Assembly: GCA_038087875.1 (NCBI GenBank)
Contig: CM075987.1
Location: 21,328,001-21,392,000, forward strand
Source of the DNA: Malacoraja senta
Taxonomy: Eukaryota
Length of the DNA stretch: 64,000 nt
Reading direction: 5' to 3'
A program made the translations under genes and the position numbers. This document shows positions 1 to 13,300 of the stretch, one piece after another. How positions within the stretch are numbered: position 1 is the stretch's first letter; each line of letters begins with the position of its first letter. Under the pieces are notes generated by a model. It searched no databases, was not told where the DNA came from, and saw nothing but the letters and a program-made list of their open reading frames with translations.

Positions 1-1117
1 AAACTCCATACTGACAGCACCCCTGGTCAGGATTGAACCCGAGTCTCTGGTGCTGTAAGGCAGCAACTCTACCACTGTGCTGCCCTTGAAAAGAGGTGGC
101 TGAACGATTAACCAGAGGGAGCCTTTATGATACAGAGAATTTGGTAGATTAGATGCTGAGATGTTACTACTAGTAGATGAGGAACAGAAATAGAAAATGT
201 ATTACTATTAAAGCCACAGGGGAATTTAACGGAAACTTCTTTAGACGTATGGTTGTGAGAAAGTGGAACTCGCTTCTCCAGTAGATGATTGAGGTAAGTG
301 GTGTTCCTCTTTTAAGATGAAGATGGCTAAGGACATGAGGTGTGAAAGGATATGTTTATAGTGCGTGAATGAAGATGGGAGAAGACTTGAACACACAGGG
401 AACTGCAGATGCTGGAATCTTGAGCAAAACACAAAACGCTGGAGGGATTTGGTGGGTCAGGCAGCATCTGTGGAGGAAATGGGCCCTTGGGAGAAGACTT
501 GTTTGGAGTAGACACATGTTAAAACTGAAATGTCTTCCCCTAGAGGGGGTGGATCTTCAGAAGCAGCCTGGATTAATTGTGCAGACAGTCCTGTTCCTGC
601 AATCAAGTTGATTTAAATCACTTACATTTCCTTTCATTAAAAATATTTCCCACTCATCATATATATCACCATTTCCTTCTATTCCATAGCCCTTTATGTG
701 TTTATTCTTCTACAAGTGCATCAGCAGTATTCAACTTATCTACTCCCTTTGAAAGCAAGTACCCTGCTTTTTAACATCTCTCTTGGTAAAGAAGTTTCTC
801 GTGAATTCTTTACTTGATTGAAACACTGAACTGCAGATTCTGATGCTACCCACAAAAAGAAAGCTCTTCTCTACTCTGGACTCAAATGGAAATGCCTTCT
901 CTTGATGCTGCATGATCTGCTGAGTTCCCCTAGCACTTGGTGTTTTGCTCAAAATTCCAGCATCTGCAGTTCCTCGTGTCTCCATGGAAATGCCTTCTTC
1001 ACCTCCGTCCTATCAAGTTATTTTTAAAATATCTTCAGCATTAATCGGGGCATCTTTCATTCTGCCTTTTTGAAGCGATGAGAGCTCCACACTGTCTAAT
1101 TATCCCATTGGGAATAA

Positions 1118-1333
<216 letters not shown>

Positions 1334-3429
1334 ACATTTCCATTCATGATTTTGAACAGACAACTGGATCTTTATGCAGAGAAGAATGGGATTTATTTAA
1401 AAGCTCACAAAACATTCACCCTTTGTTAACAGAGAGTGTGAATTGGTGCAATTCATAGCTTAAATCAGGTCTAAAGCAAACATCAGGGCAAGCTTGATAT
1501 TAAAATAAAATTAATGAATGTAGTCTTGTGCTGTTTGTTCCTAACTCCATTCAAGTGCTGGAATCTTGAGCAAAACACAAAGTGCTGGAGGAACTCAATG
1601 GGTCAGGCAAAAATAATAAGCAAAAATAAAATAAACAACTGAATTATCCTAAACACACAGCAATCCAGTACATTTGTGGAGGGAATGAACAAGTTAATGT
1701 TTCTGCTGTGATACTTAAGAACTAGTAACAGTGGTCTGCTTTTAAATGGGAACAAAGAACAGAAGAGAAAAAGGAACCAAAATATACAGATAGAATTATT
1801 GGTAGGAAGACTGTTCCGTGCACATGTTGTCTCTTTCATGGCCCTTTGTTTCACTTGAGTGCTGTTTTCCCTTTCCTGAAAAATTAGAGAGCAGAAGAAT
1901 ATTCTCTAAGGTCTGAGCCAATATTTATTTCTGCAAGAATGGAACCATATAATCTAATCATCATCTTGTATTGAATTGTTCTATTTGTAATTGGCTGCCA
2001 TATTTTCGACATGGCAACAATTGCTATTCTCACGGTTTCACTGGGCATATCAAATCATTTTAGAGCCCAAGGTCATGAAGGGTGCTGTAAAGATGCAAGT
2101 TCTCTTTTTTTCCTTTTTTTGTATTGAATCAATTTGCTTTGGTGCTGTGAAAATACAAATACCCTGATACATGGTTTCCACCTTGATTCATGACTTTCCA
2201 TCCTGCTTTAATTGCAGGAAAATTCAATTCTACCTCTTTTTAGATCGACAGTAGTTTAACAATCCAGGATACACCAGGTTTGTTTAGCAGAGTCAAGAAA
2301 AACTGTCCTCTTTTAGCTAAGGCAATTTAATAAATACAAACCTCCAGGTGTGGACTCATTAGGCTCTATATAACAGCAATACTGCTGCCCTCAAGATGTT
2401 TGAATTTTTGGCAAAGTGTGGTGGACAGGTACCAACTTCAAGACCACTTGATTTCCATCTTGAGTGGGAGTCATTTGGAATATCACCTCAGAAGTGTAAC
2501 TTGTACAGTGCACTGTTTATGATGTCTTCCCTCTGTTGTCTTCCCTCTGTTTTTTGTTTGCTTCTATCTCTCCTGATGATTAACACTTGCAGTTGCATTT
2601 TGTTGATTCAACAAAACTTCATTTCCCTAAAGTCAGTTTATCTAGTGATAAGGTAGACACTAAATGCTGGAGTAACTCTGTGGGGCAGGCAGCATCTCTG
2701 GAGAGAAGGAATGGGTGACGTTTCAGGTCGAGACCCTTCTTCAGACTACTTATCTAGCGTTTGTCTTTGTCTACTTATCTAGTGATAAAATGGGTATATC
2801 GGAATCTGATTATTTACGGGATGCATTTTCTGTTGATGCTTTTTGGGGTTGAGATGGAATCTCTTCATCCATTTATGAGATCTTCAGATGAAGGGGAATT
2901 GTAGATTTGTAGATCTGCATTTGTAGATGGATGATGCAAGTAGTATTAAATAAAAATCTGAATTTTATTGCATTCTGCTTTATTAAATGCTCGTTTACAA
3001 AAGGCAATAATCGAGTCATGAATTGAACATTATAAATAGGAACAGGATATAGTCCTTTTGCCTTTTAGTTTGCTCAACCATCATCTACCTCACTGTTACT
3101 TTACTTCATTATATTCATTTTAAAATTCAATCTCTTTGTAAATAATCTCTATGACCAAACCTCCACAGCATTCCACAGAAGACAAATCTTCCTCTGAATA
3201 AAAAATAAATCCTCATCTCAGTCCTAAATGATCCACCCCTTGTTCTGATGATCTCTGGTTCTAGACTATCCTGTGTCAAGTCCTCAAGTGTTAAATTTTG
3301 ATGTGATTTCTTATTCCACACTAGATTATGTAAGCTTAGTGTACTCAATCACACCTCCTACAACAAGCCCATCATCCCTGGATAGACACAAAATGCTGGA
3401 GTAACTGACAGCATCTCTGGAGAGTAGGC

Positions 3430-3805
3430 TGGGGGACTCTATTCCTTGGAACGCTGGAGGATGAGGAATGATCTTATAGAGGTGTATAAGATCTTGAAAG
3501 GAATAGGTGCACAGAGTTTCTTGCCCAGGGTAGATGAATCGAGGACCAGAGGACATAGGTTTAAGGAGAAGGGGAAAAGATTAATAGGAATCTGAGGGGT
3601 AACTTTTTCACACAAAGGGTGGTGGATGTATGGAACAAGCTGCCAGAGGGGGTAGTTGAGACACAGACTATCCCAACATTTAAGAAACAGACAGGTACAT
3701 GAATAGGACAGGTTTGGAGGAATATGGACCAGATGCATGTAGCTGGGGCATGTTGGCCAGTGTGAGCTAGTGGGGCCGTAGTGTTTCACTCTAGCACTTA
3801 ATGAC
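3430..3805 (+). mobile_element. CR1-clade LINE 3' end nested in a Penelope-like element
   Basis: LYSLERWRMRNDLIEVYKILKG and RTRGHRFK...FFTQRV-like C-terminal CR1 motifs plus 3' UTR. Confidence 0.8.
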
Positions 3806-4252
3806 TGAGAAGGAATGGGTGACATTTCGGGTCGAGACCCATCTTCAGACTGAGAGTCGGGGGGAGGGGAAGATACAGAGATAAGGAAGTGTAAGGTGTG
3901 AGAATGCAACATCAAAGGGGGTGGAGATCAAGGGAAGCAAGGGTTACTTGAAGTTAGAGAAGCCAATGTTCATACTGCGGGGGTGTAAGCTGCACAAGCG
4001 AAATATGATGTGCTGTTCCTCCAATTTGCACTGGGCCTCACTCTGACAATGGGAGGAGGCCCAGGACAGAAAGATCAGATTGGGAATGGGAGAGAGTGTT
4101 AAAGTGCTGAGCAACCGGGATATCAGGTAGGTTAAGGCGGACTGAGCGAAGGTGTTCAGCGAAACGTCTCGTCGATGTAGAGAAGTTGAACCAGGAACGG
4201 CGGATACAGTAGACGAGATTGGAGGAGGTGCAAGTGAACCTCTGCCTCACCC
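3806..4252 (-). mobile_element. Penelope-like retroelement 3' fragment (GIY-YIG endonuclease remnant plus pseudo-LTR with hammerhead motif)
   Basis: Minus ORF FTCTSSNLVYCIR...RRFAEHLRSV...PVAQHFN is typical of the PLE endonuclease. It is followed by KLEEQHIIFRL...FSNFK* and then CTGAAGA-T-GGGTCTCGACCC-GAAATGTC. The element resumes at 3382-3425 beyond a CR1 insertion. Confidence 0.85.
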
Positions 4253-4719
4253 TGGAATCAGGCTAATGAATCTACACTGGACTCCATCAATGGAAGGTAT
4301 ATACTTTTATAGGTAAGACTAACAGTGCACAAACCTCCAGATGTGGACTTGTCTAAGCTCTATATAATTGCAGTGCTTCTCTGTGCTCAAGTCCTTCACG
4401 ATGAAAGCCAATGTGCCATTTGCCTTCCCAATTGCCTGTGGTGCCTGTATATGTTCCTCAGTGACCTTTGAACAAATGAATGAAAGTTATGCAGAAAGCA
4501 ACGATGATCAAGGAAAGGTGGAGCCTGCAATGGTCCATTAAAATGTGCGGTAGGTGATAACGAGTTATACAGACACATTATATTTAGGAGGTATACTCAT
4601 CTTTTGCTTATATATGTATAAGAAGGGACTGCAGATGCTGGTTTACATCGAAGATAATTGTGTGTCTATCATCTGCTTGTATATCACGGATTGCAAAGGC
4701 CAACAAAGGGCTGTTAATA

Positions 4720-4971
4720 TTTGGAGTGGTTGCCATGGTTATCAACAGCAAGTATAACCCGGAAGTCCAGATGCTCGCTTTGAATGGGCGGGACCAGGTT
4801 CGGGGGAGAAACCAATCGGAGCGCGACAGGATCCGTTGAGGCGATTTGAATGGACCAACCAGAGGCGGTGAAAGCGCATCCGGACGTGACGTTCGGCTGC
4901 ACATCTGTCGGAAGTGGCTGCAAGCTTCAATCAATCGCTTCAGGTGGACGTTCGCGACGGAGCTTCACAAG
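4720..4971 (+). promoter_or_regulatory. CpG-rich promoter and non-coding first exon of ODF2
   Basis: Local CpG enrichment. X-box-like GTTGCCATGGTTAT (4729-4742), ETS CCGGAAGT (4759-4766), GC box GGGCGGG (4786-4792), CCAAT (4812-4816), TTTGAA (4779, 4845), CRE-like GTGACGT. Strong donor CAAG|gtgagg at 4971/4972. Confidence 0.7.
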
Positions 4972-4979
4972 GTGAGGAA

Positions 4980-5530
4980 GATGGACGCAAAATGCTGGGG
5001 TAACAGCGGGACAGGCAGCTGCTCTGGAGAGAAGGAATGCGTGAGGTTTCAGGTCGAGACCCTTCTTCAGACTGAGAGTCAGGGGAGAGGGAGACTAGAG
5101 ATAAGGAAGGGTAGTAAGGCGTGAAAACGACAGATCTAAACAGATGCCGATCATGGAAATGCAGATAATATGTTCATTGCTGGCTGAGGGGGAGATGACA
5201 AGGTGGTGTACAATCAGTAAAATTAATCAGGAGGACAGTGAAACTAGTCGGAGAACTAGGGTGGGGTGGGGACGGAGTAAGACTTTCATTGTGTAAGAAG
5301 GAACTGCAGATGCTGGTTTAAACCGAAGATGGACACAAAAAGCTGGAGTAACTCAGCGGGGACAGGCGGCATCTCTGGAGAGAAGGAATTGGTGGCGTTT
5401 CAAGTCGAGACCCTTCTTCAGACTTCCATTGTTCTATCTGGGACATATGACAATAAAACACTCTTGACTATTGAGAGAGAGAGAGAGAGAAAGAAAGCAA
5501 GGGTTACTTGAAGTTCGATAAATCAATATT
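4980..5530 (-). mobile_element. Tandem Penelope-like pseudo-LTR fragments
   Basis: Two copies of the gctggagtaactcagcgggacaggc...gagacccttcttcagac module plus PLE 3' UTR (gggttacttgaagtt). Confidence 0.75.
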
Positions 5531-5775
5531 CGTACTGTATGGTAAGGGTTATTAATGGAGCCGCTTTCAGTCATTTAACTAAACAATGGCATGGGTGGAT
5601 TCATTAGTGAAAGAATGGATCACTTCTGTTTAATCAGTTCCGTTTTTAGAAGTGTTGTCAACCCGCGAAGACAATCAAAACGGGGCAGTGACTTCTGCTG
5701 GGTGACAAAAATGACCGCCATTTATGTGCACAGCAAGATCGCACTATTGGTCGGCCAAGTAAGTACCTAGTCTGT

Positions 5776-5993
5776 GTAGGAAGGAACTGCAGATGCTGGT
5801 TTAAACCGAAGATAGACACAAAAAGCTGGAGTAACTCAGCGGGTCAGACACCATCTCTGGAGAAAAGGAATAGGTGACGTTTCGGGTCGTGACCCTTCGA
5901 GAAGACCCTTTTGGGTCACGACCCGAAACATCACCTATTCCGTTTCTCCAGAGATGCTGTTTGACCCGTTGTTACTCCAGCTTTTTGTGTCTA
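5776..5993. repeat. Inverted pair of Penelope-like termini (about 85-bp-arm hairpin)
   Basis: tagacacaaaaagctggagtaac...cgggtcgtgaccc followed by its reverse complement gggtcacgacccgaaac...gttactccagctttttgtgtcta. Confidence 0.85.
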
Positions 5994-6180
5994 CCTCCTA
6001 GTCTGTTCTGAGGGAAAGGCTGAATCAATGAACGTACCACGTCATTCGTACTTGGGGATGTTGGAGAGGAGGTAAAACAACAGGATTGTCGATGGTGTAG
6101 TGAAGTGTAAAGGCAGCGTGCCTTTTGGAAGGCGAGCAGCCGCTTCTCTACACTCTTTGGGTGAATGGTTAGGTTAATTT

Positions 6181-6485
6181 AGAGATACAGCGTATAAACA
6201 GGCCCTTCCGCCCACCAAGTCCACGCCGACCATCGGTCACCCGTTCACACCAGTTCTATGTTATCCCACATTCGCATCCACTCCCTACACAATGGGGACA
6301 ATTTACAGGGGTCAATTAGCATTCAAACCTTGCACGTCAAGGTGTGTGAGGAAACCGGAGCACCCAGAGGAAACCCACTTGATCACAGGGAGAACGTGCA
6401 AACATCACACAGACAACAGTACCCGGGGTCAGGGTCGAACCCGATCTTTGGCTCTGCGAGGCAGGAGGTCCACCAGCTGCGCCAC
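6181..6485 (-). mobile_element. tRNA-derived V-SINE (HE1-like)
   Basis: Minus strand has a tRNA-like head (B-box GGTTCGA), V-domain (GGGTGCTCCGGTTTCCTC) and CR1-type tail. Confidence 0.8.
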
Positions 6486-7064
6486 TTGTTGAAAAGGAGA
6501 GGTGGTGGAAGGCGGGGGGTGACATTAACTAGTGGCTAGGTGTTCTTATAGGTGCACCTATAAATTAGGTGCTCTTCTCTACATATCTCACCGGCCCCTT
6601 TAATCAACCCCACGTTTACCTTCGTTTCCTTGGATGGAACGACAGCCTACAACCACTTCTTTAACTCATCGGCGACCAAGGTTTACGTGTTTTCGACCCA
6701 TTCGTTAGCTGGTATTTCAGTCTTGGATCGCGACAATCACTGGTTCACAATCTGGACGTCGAAACAGACAGACAGACTTTTAACAAACGACAACACTGAC
6801 GTTAAGGGCATGTGCCCAAGCTGCCGTAGGACATTTTGAAAGCTTAAACTCGATACTAGGCAGCAGGCATAAGAGATCACTGGTGCCGGAATTTGGAGCA
6901 AACTACATAGCTGGTTTGCGTTGGTCTTTATTTGAAGTACATATTATACTGGAAGTCTTGCAGACGTAAGGTGTGACCCATTGTAACGATGGTAGTTTAG
7001 CTTTGTGACACTGGAACATCATTGTTACTCTATAGTTTAAGTTGAGCTACAATCACTGTGAAAG

Positions 7065-7325
7065 GTAGACAAAAATGCTGGAGAAACTCAGCGGGTGAGG
7101 CAGCATCTCTGGAGCGAAGGAGTAGGTGCTCCATCTTGTACATCATGGTTTCCAGCTCCAATTCCCTGCCTCTCGGTTCGGACCCAACCCGGACTATAGA
7201 TACCGACGGCAGTTCTCCTTCCGTGACCTACTCCTTAGCTCCATAGATGCTGCCTCATCCGCTGAGTTTCTCCAGCATTTTTGGCTGCCTTCGATTTTTC
7301 CCAGCATCTGCAGTTCTTTCTTAAC
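7065..7325. mobile_element. Penelope-like insertion with inverted termini and 11-bp target-site duplication
   Basis: Inverted arms (about 7065-7125 and 7228-7290) flanked by direct repeat CACTGTGAAAG at 7054-7064 and 7326-7336. Confidence 0.75.
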
Positions 7326-7659
7326 CACTGTGAAAGTATCACATTCATTATCAGCATTACTTTCTTTATCGACGACAGAAAATGGAGGAAACACTCAACA
7401 GATTAGACAATAAATGTGGAGAGAGAAACTTGCCATTTATGTTCACCAACCTATCCATTTCTTCTAAAGGTGAATGAGTGTAGTGGTGGAGAGGAAACTG
7501 GTTGGGCCTTCTGGCGTGAAAGGGCATCTAAATGGGTTTGATATCCTTGGTGAGCCAATGGGGACCAGGGGAAATGTCAAATTGGCAGATGGCATCAGAG
7601 ATGTCATGGATGTGATGGTGAGAGCATATTCCTAGCTGTGAATTAAACAGTAATTCAAA

Positions 7660-8015
7660 ACAGACTAGATGCAGGAAATATGTTCCCGATGTTGGTGGAG
7701 TCTAGAACCAGGGGTCACAGTTTAAGAATAAGGGGTAGAGATGAGGAAAAATTAGGACAGATGAGGAAAAACCTTTTCACCCAGAGAGTTGTGAATCTGT
7801 GGGGGAATTCTATGCCACAAATTCCAGCACTAATTCACTGGGTGTTTTCAAGAGAGAGTTAGGTTTAACTCTTCGGGCTAACAGAATCAAGGGATATGGG
7901 GGGAAAGCAGGAACGGGGTACTGATATTGGATGATCAGCCATGATCATATTGAATGGCGGTGCTGGCTCGAAGGGCCGAATGTCCGACTCCTGGCACCTA
8001 TTTTTTATGTTTCTA
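7660..8015 (+). mobile_element. CR1 LINE 3' end
   Basis: MFPMLVESRTRGHSLRIRG...FTQRVVNLW plus the conserved 3' UTR gatcagccatgatcatattgaatggcgg. Confidence 0.85.
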
Positions 8016-9054
8016 ATTGAAAATAAAAACTGCAGACTAAAAGCTAAGTGCTGGGGGGGACTCAGAATCGGGCAGTATATGTGGAGGGAATAGACAGGTG
8101 ACTTTTCAGGCCGGGATCTTCTCCAATCTGAAGAAGGTTCCCGACCTCAAACATTGTCTGTCCATTCCCTCCACAGATGCTGCCTGGCCCACTGAGTTCT
8201 CCAGCAGTTCGGTTTATGCTCAAGATTCCAGCATCTGTGTCTCTGTAAACTGCAGATATTGAATCTGAAAGAGTTGAAAATGCAGGAAATATTTTGCTGC
8301 CCAGGTGGCATTGGTGAGGGGAGAAACAAAATCAATATTTCAGCTCACTGACATTTCATCAACCTGAAATACATACTGATTCTCTCTCCAAAAGTACTAT
8401 CTGATCTGCTGAGAATTTCCATAATTTTCATTTTTTTCCTTGGATTTCTACCATCTGCAATATGTTGCTATTGGATACATGAGAAGCCAATTAACTGAAT
8501 GCTCTACTTAAGGTTACTTGCTTGTTTGAAAGCAGCTGCCTTGTGATAGAGCATTTAGAATTTCAACATAAATTATGGTGTTTGCAATATTTGAGCTTCA
8601 AGATGATTTCAACACAAATCAATCTTTTTTTTTTTTTTTTGCAGATGTGATAATTCGAGTGGTTGCATTATTAATCTTATTGCATAAAGGAATTCAATTG
8701 CATCTGTATTGTGTTGTTTCATTTTAATTCAGTTCAGATAGATGCTTTATAATGAATGCAACTTGCAAACATGCTGGAAATAGAGTTCAATTCCACAGAA
8801 AATTGATTTAAATCCCGATAAATTTTGGAAGGGAATGACTTATTCTCAGTTGAAACTCTTTGCTTTTTCTTTCATGCCGATGAAGAATTGTTACCCAATA
8901 TTTTAAATAAGTTGAGTCTTTTGATTTTGATTACTAACTGATTCACAGTAGTTTAGTTTGCATATAGTCTGGGTTCTCAAAATAGTTGCATTGCTACTAC
9001 TATGGCAGTATACTATTCATCTTCTTGAGCATCCTTGGGTTTAGTTTAGTTTAG

Positions 9055-9627
9055 AGAGACAGTGCCCACCGAGTCTTCGCTGACCAGCGATCCCCGTATG
9101 TTAGCACTATCCTACACACTGGGGATAATTTACAATTTTTGCCAAAGCCAATTAGACTACAAATCTGCACATCTTTGGAGTGTGGGAGGATACTAGAGCA
9201 CCCGAGGAAAACCCACGTGGTCACAGGGAGAACGCACAAACTCCATACAGACAGCGTCCATAATCAGGGTCATACACGGGTCTGCAATGTGAGGCAGCAA
9301 GTCTGCTGTGCCATCCATAACATAGATTTAGAGATACAACATGAAACAAGTGTTTTGGCCCACAAAATCCTTGCCGACCATCGATCACCCATACACTAGT
9401 TCTATGGTATCTTATTTTTGTATCCTACGAACTGGGAGAAAATACAGAAGCTAATTAACCTCCAAGCCTGCACATATTTGGAATGCGGGAGGAAACGAGC
9501 ACTCAGAGAAAACCCACCCAGTCACAAGGAGAACATACGAAGAACGGACAGACAGTACCCAAGGTCAGGATCAAACCCGAATTCAAATCTCTGGTGCTGT
9601 GAGACGGCAGCTTTACCGCTGTGCCGT
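9055..9627 (-). mobile_element. Two tandem HE1-like V-SINEs
   Basis: Two copies (about 9055-9312 and 9330-9627) of the same SINE body as 6181-6485. Confidence 0.8.
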
Positions 9628-10305
9628 TTTCTGTGTCATTTAATTACCTTTGTCAAATGTCTTGATGGCCAGCATTGAACCAAAGAGTTCTAATTGATCC
9701 ACCCCAGAGCCTTTTGACAGTAATTTCTATGTTTTCGCTATCCATCCTACTTGATCCTAGATTCATAACAAATACAGGTGTTGCAATTGTGTATTGATAT
9801 GTACCTTGTTAGACATAATGGACTGAATATTTACTCCTCGAGGTGAAAATAGTGTTCTATTTCATTTGAATTCAGTCTGAAGATGGGTCTCGACCAGAAA
9901 AGTCGCATAGTCCTTTTCTCCGTAGATGCTGCCTCACCCGATGAGTTTCTCCAGCATTTTTTGTCTACGTTCTATTTCATTTTGTTATTTTGAACACTTT
10001 ATATATAAAATGTTTCTACATAAACCATCTTGTATCACCTGGATAGACAATAGTAAACTTTTTCAACTAGATCGTATTTGAAGTATCAAATGCACTCCCG
10101 AAAATAAATTTCTGGACGAGTACTAAATTGCTACGGTGTAGACGATTAAGGACCAAGATCTAGGAAATTGTGTAAATTAGTATTTGACTGTTGGAATGAA
10201 CTGATGAACCTGCTTCTGTGTTGTATGATTCTGTGACCAGAATCTTTTGAAGATAAGCAGAACCAATTTGATTCTTTGCATTACTTTGCTCAGCTGAGAA
10301 GAGAA

Positions 10306-13300
10306 ATGAAAACAAGAACCTCTCCTCTACTTCATGTTCATGTTGATGAAACTACTCCTGTTCATGTTCATGTCAAGAAGAGTCCGAAACAAGGAAAGAG
10401 GGTCCAGGTAATTACATAGTTCTAGTAATATAAAAATACTCTATGTCAATCTTGCACGCTTTCCACCTCGCACACCTCTTCTTGATTTGTGCATGTTTTA
10501 CAACTATTAAAATATTTTCATCTTCCATGTTTATTAACTTTTAAATTGGAATACATTTGATTTGCTCTTTTAAAAAATAACATTGCAATTATTTTGCATC
10601 TTGCATATTCATACTATTATTTTGAGTGGAAATTGCTCTTTAAGGTCAGCACCAAGATACAGTTTATTTACATCTCAAAACAAACCCACTTATACCAAGT
10701 ACACCAATAACTGTACTTGCAATAATTGTACCTTCATCAATTGTCCTTTTAAACTGGGATATTTACTGTAAAATCAGGACACAAGTTGCACTGATGTATG
10801 TTATTTCTTCCCACATCCCATCATGTGACAGCTTTTGGGAACTTCAGTTTGGGAACGCATATGATCTCCACAAATTCTCTTGGCCCATGTTTGAGAGATT
10901 GCAGAATTTGTAATTTACAGATTGCAGAGTTTGTAAGAATGACACCCAAATATCACAGTTTGAAAATTATGTTGAGCAAAGCTTAACTTGCAGTTTTACC
11001 TCAGATGGCAGTGGTGGAGATATATTCAGCTGGCTTTCACCATTGTGGCAGTATGCAGCTTGGGAATTTTTTTTGCAAGAAAATTTGCCTCTCATCTGTT
11101 TTTGCTCCATCCTCTATTGCACACTCTTCCCGATGAAAACATTTTCCCACCTCCTCCATCCACTTTTTCCCTCCCTTTTGCTGTTTTCTTGTCCCTCCCT
11201 CCTGACCAAGTAGAAGATTTCCTTTGTAGGAAATCAGAAATAAAAGATCATGGTGGAGATATAATCCTTTCTCTCTAACTTATTGTCTCCACATCAAAAT
11301 ATTATTTAGATTAGAACATAACATGCTACCATGGTTGTTTTGCCAGCATACTGCTTAGCCTGTTTCAAGTGAACCCTGCACTGTTTTTGGTCTTTCATTG
11401 AAATTCTCACAACATTGACATACATTGCACCTGATGGCATTACAGCCTTTTTACTTTCAATATACAGCAGAAGCTGAAAGGAGCATTAGAATGTGGCAAT
11501 CTGCGACCATGCAGCAAGGTAAAGACCAAAGTACCATGGATTCCACCAGGCAAAACATCAGTAAGAGAACTTGGCTACAAATGGGAGGTTTGTATAATAA
11601 TTCCTTGGATATGCTTGTGGTTTTGATTTAAGAATATAGTTAAAGTGGGGGTTCCTAGTTTATATTAATGTTAAAGTTTTTATTTAAGTTCTGTTGTCAT
11701 AATGATTTTGGGGAGAGATTAGGAAGATTTGAGGGTGAACTATAGTGTGTTTCTCTGCTATTTATACAGATTTTTCTGCTGCTCTCATTGTCTCACAGTT
11801 TCTCAGAATCTCAAAACAAAGCCACTTTTTCCAGTAAGTCCAAAAACCTGGCTGGAGCAGGGTGATGGTATGTCTGTACTTTTCTGCCTTTTACTGAGCA
11901 GTGAGCTTGTGCTGTCAGTGGCTTTGAAAGTGGATGCTTAATTTTACATGATGGCGAACAGAACTGTATTTCTTGAGAATACAGAGAAAGTCTGACTAGT
12001 TTTTTTATACCACTAGATGGTGTAAATGTGCAAATGGAACACTCAATAGAGATGTTGCTTTCTTTAGAAATTTTAATTAATTTAATTGTTTACATAGCAT
12101 TATTAGAAGATGTTTATTACTGATTCCATAGATAATTTTAATACAACACATCTAGTCATTTTGGCTGGTAAGTAGCTGAAAGATAAAGACCGGGATGGAT
12201 CATCTTAATTCTCTGGTCTCTGCTGAGGTAACAAGAATTAACTTCCATATTCCAAATGTGATGGAAAATCTGATCATAATTCCATCATTGGATTAGTAAC
12301 CGTGAGTCCCAAGTGCACATCAACGAATTTTGATGAAGATGGGATGATATTTAGCTGTAGTTTTTAGTTTAGTTTGGAGATACAGCGCGGAAACAGGCCC
12401 TTCGGCTCGCCGGCTCCGCACCAGCCAGTGATACCCGCACATAAACACTACCCTACACTAGGGACAATTTTACATTTATACCAAGCCAATTAACTTACTA
12501 ACATGTACGTCTTGAGTGTGGGAGGAAATCGAAGATCTCAGAGAAAACCCATGCAGGTCACGTGGAGAACATACAAACTCCGTACAGAAAAGCACCCATA
12601 GTCAGTATCAAACCCTCTGGTGTCCTGTCTCTGGTGCTGTAAGGCAGTAGCTCTAATGCTCCACCACCGTGCTGCCCCTGATCAGACAGAAATCAAGTGG
12701 ATGATTGAAGAGAAGGAGGAGGAATTAGCTGAAGTCACTAAGGAGCTTGTTCTTACTGAGCATAAGAATGAGCTGCTACAAAGGAACATTGAAATGGTGA
12801 AAGAGGACACAGAAAATAGTGCTTTTGTAAAAAAAAAGATAATAATACAATCAAATATGAGAAGATCAAACTGATGGGCAAAATGGACAACCTGTAGATT
12901 TACATTCACCAAGGTTTATGAATATCTGTGAGAGAACAGATAAACCTTTTAAGATCTTTAGGTTGGGCCTATCATGCTTGATCAAGACTATTTTTCTGGG
13001 TGTTTCAGCTTTTAATATTTGTCTCAAGATGGTAATAACTTCAAATCTACATTTTGTTTGGATGTGTTGATTATTAGTAACAATTGTTGTCATACTATTT
13101 TTATTCCAGGGTCCAACACATCGACTGGATATAACACCTATTGACACTGAAAAATTCCACTCAACACTTCACCTGAGTGACCTCTCCACTGATGATGAGG
13201 AAGTTATACATGGGAAGATGAATCAGTATGAGAAAAAAATCAACTGTCTAATGAAGCAAGTGGGATCATTAAAGAGCGAGGTAAGATTCTAGTGCAGCAC

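Noticed and set aside
4608-5124. Several ORFs over the CpG region
   Set aside because: By-products of the GC-rich ODF2 promoter and the adjacent repeat.
2654-5993. Recurrent ~30-bp palindromic motif resembling CRISPR repeats
   Set aside because: Eukaryotic DNA; copies are dispersed retroelement termini with no spacer array or cas genes.
5530-6970. Possible extra 5' UTR exons of ODF2 (donors at 5758 and 6965)
   Set aside because: Donor-like motifs alone cannot be supported without transcript data.
12600-12678. tRNA-like sequences with A/B boxes
   Set aside because: They are SINE heads attached to V-domain bodies, not tRNA genes.
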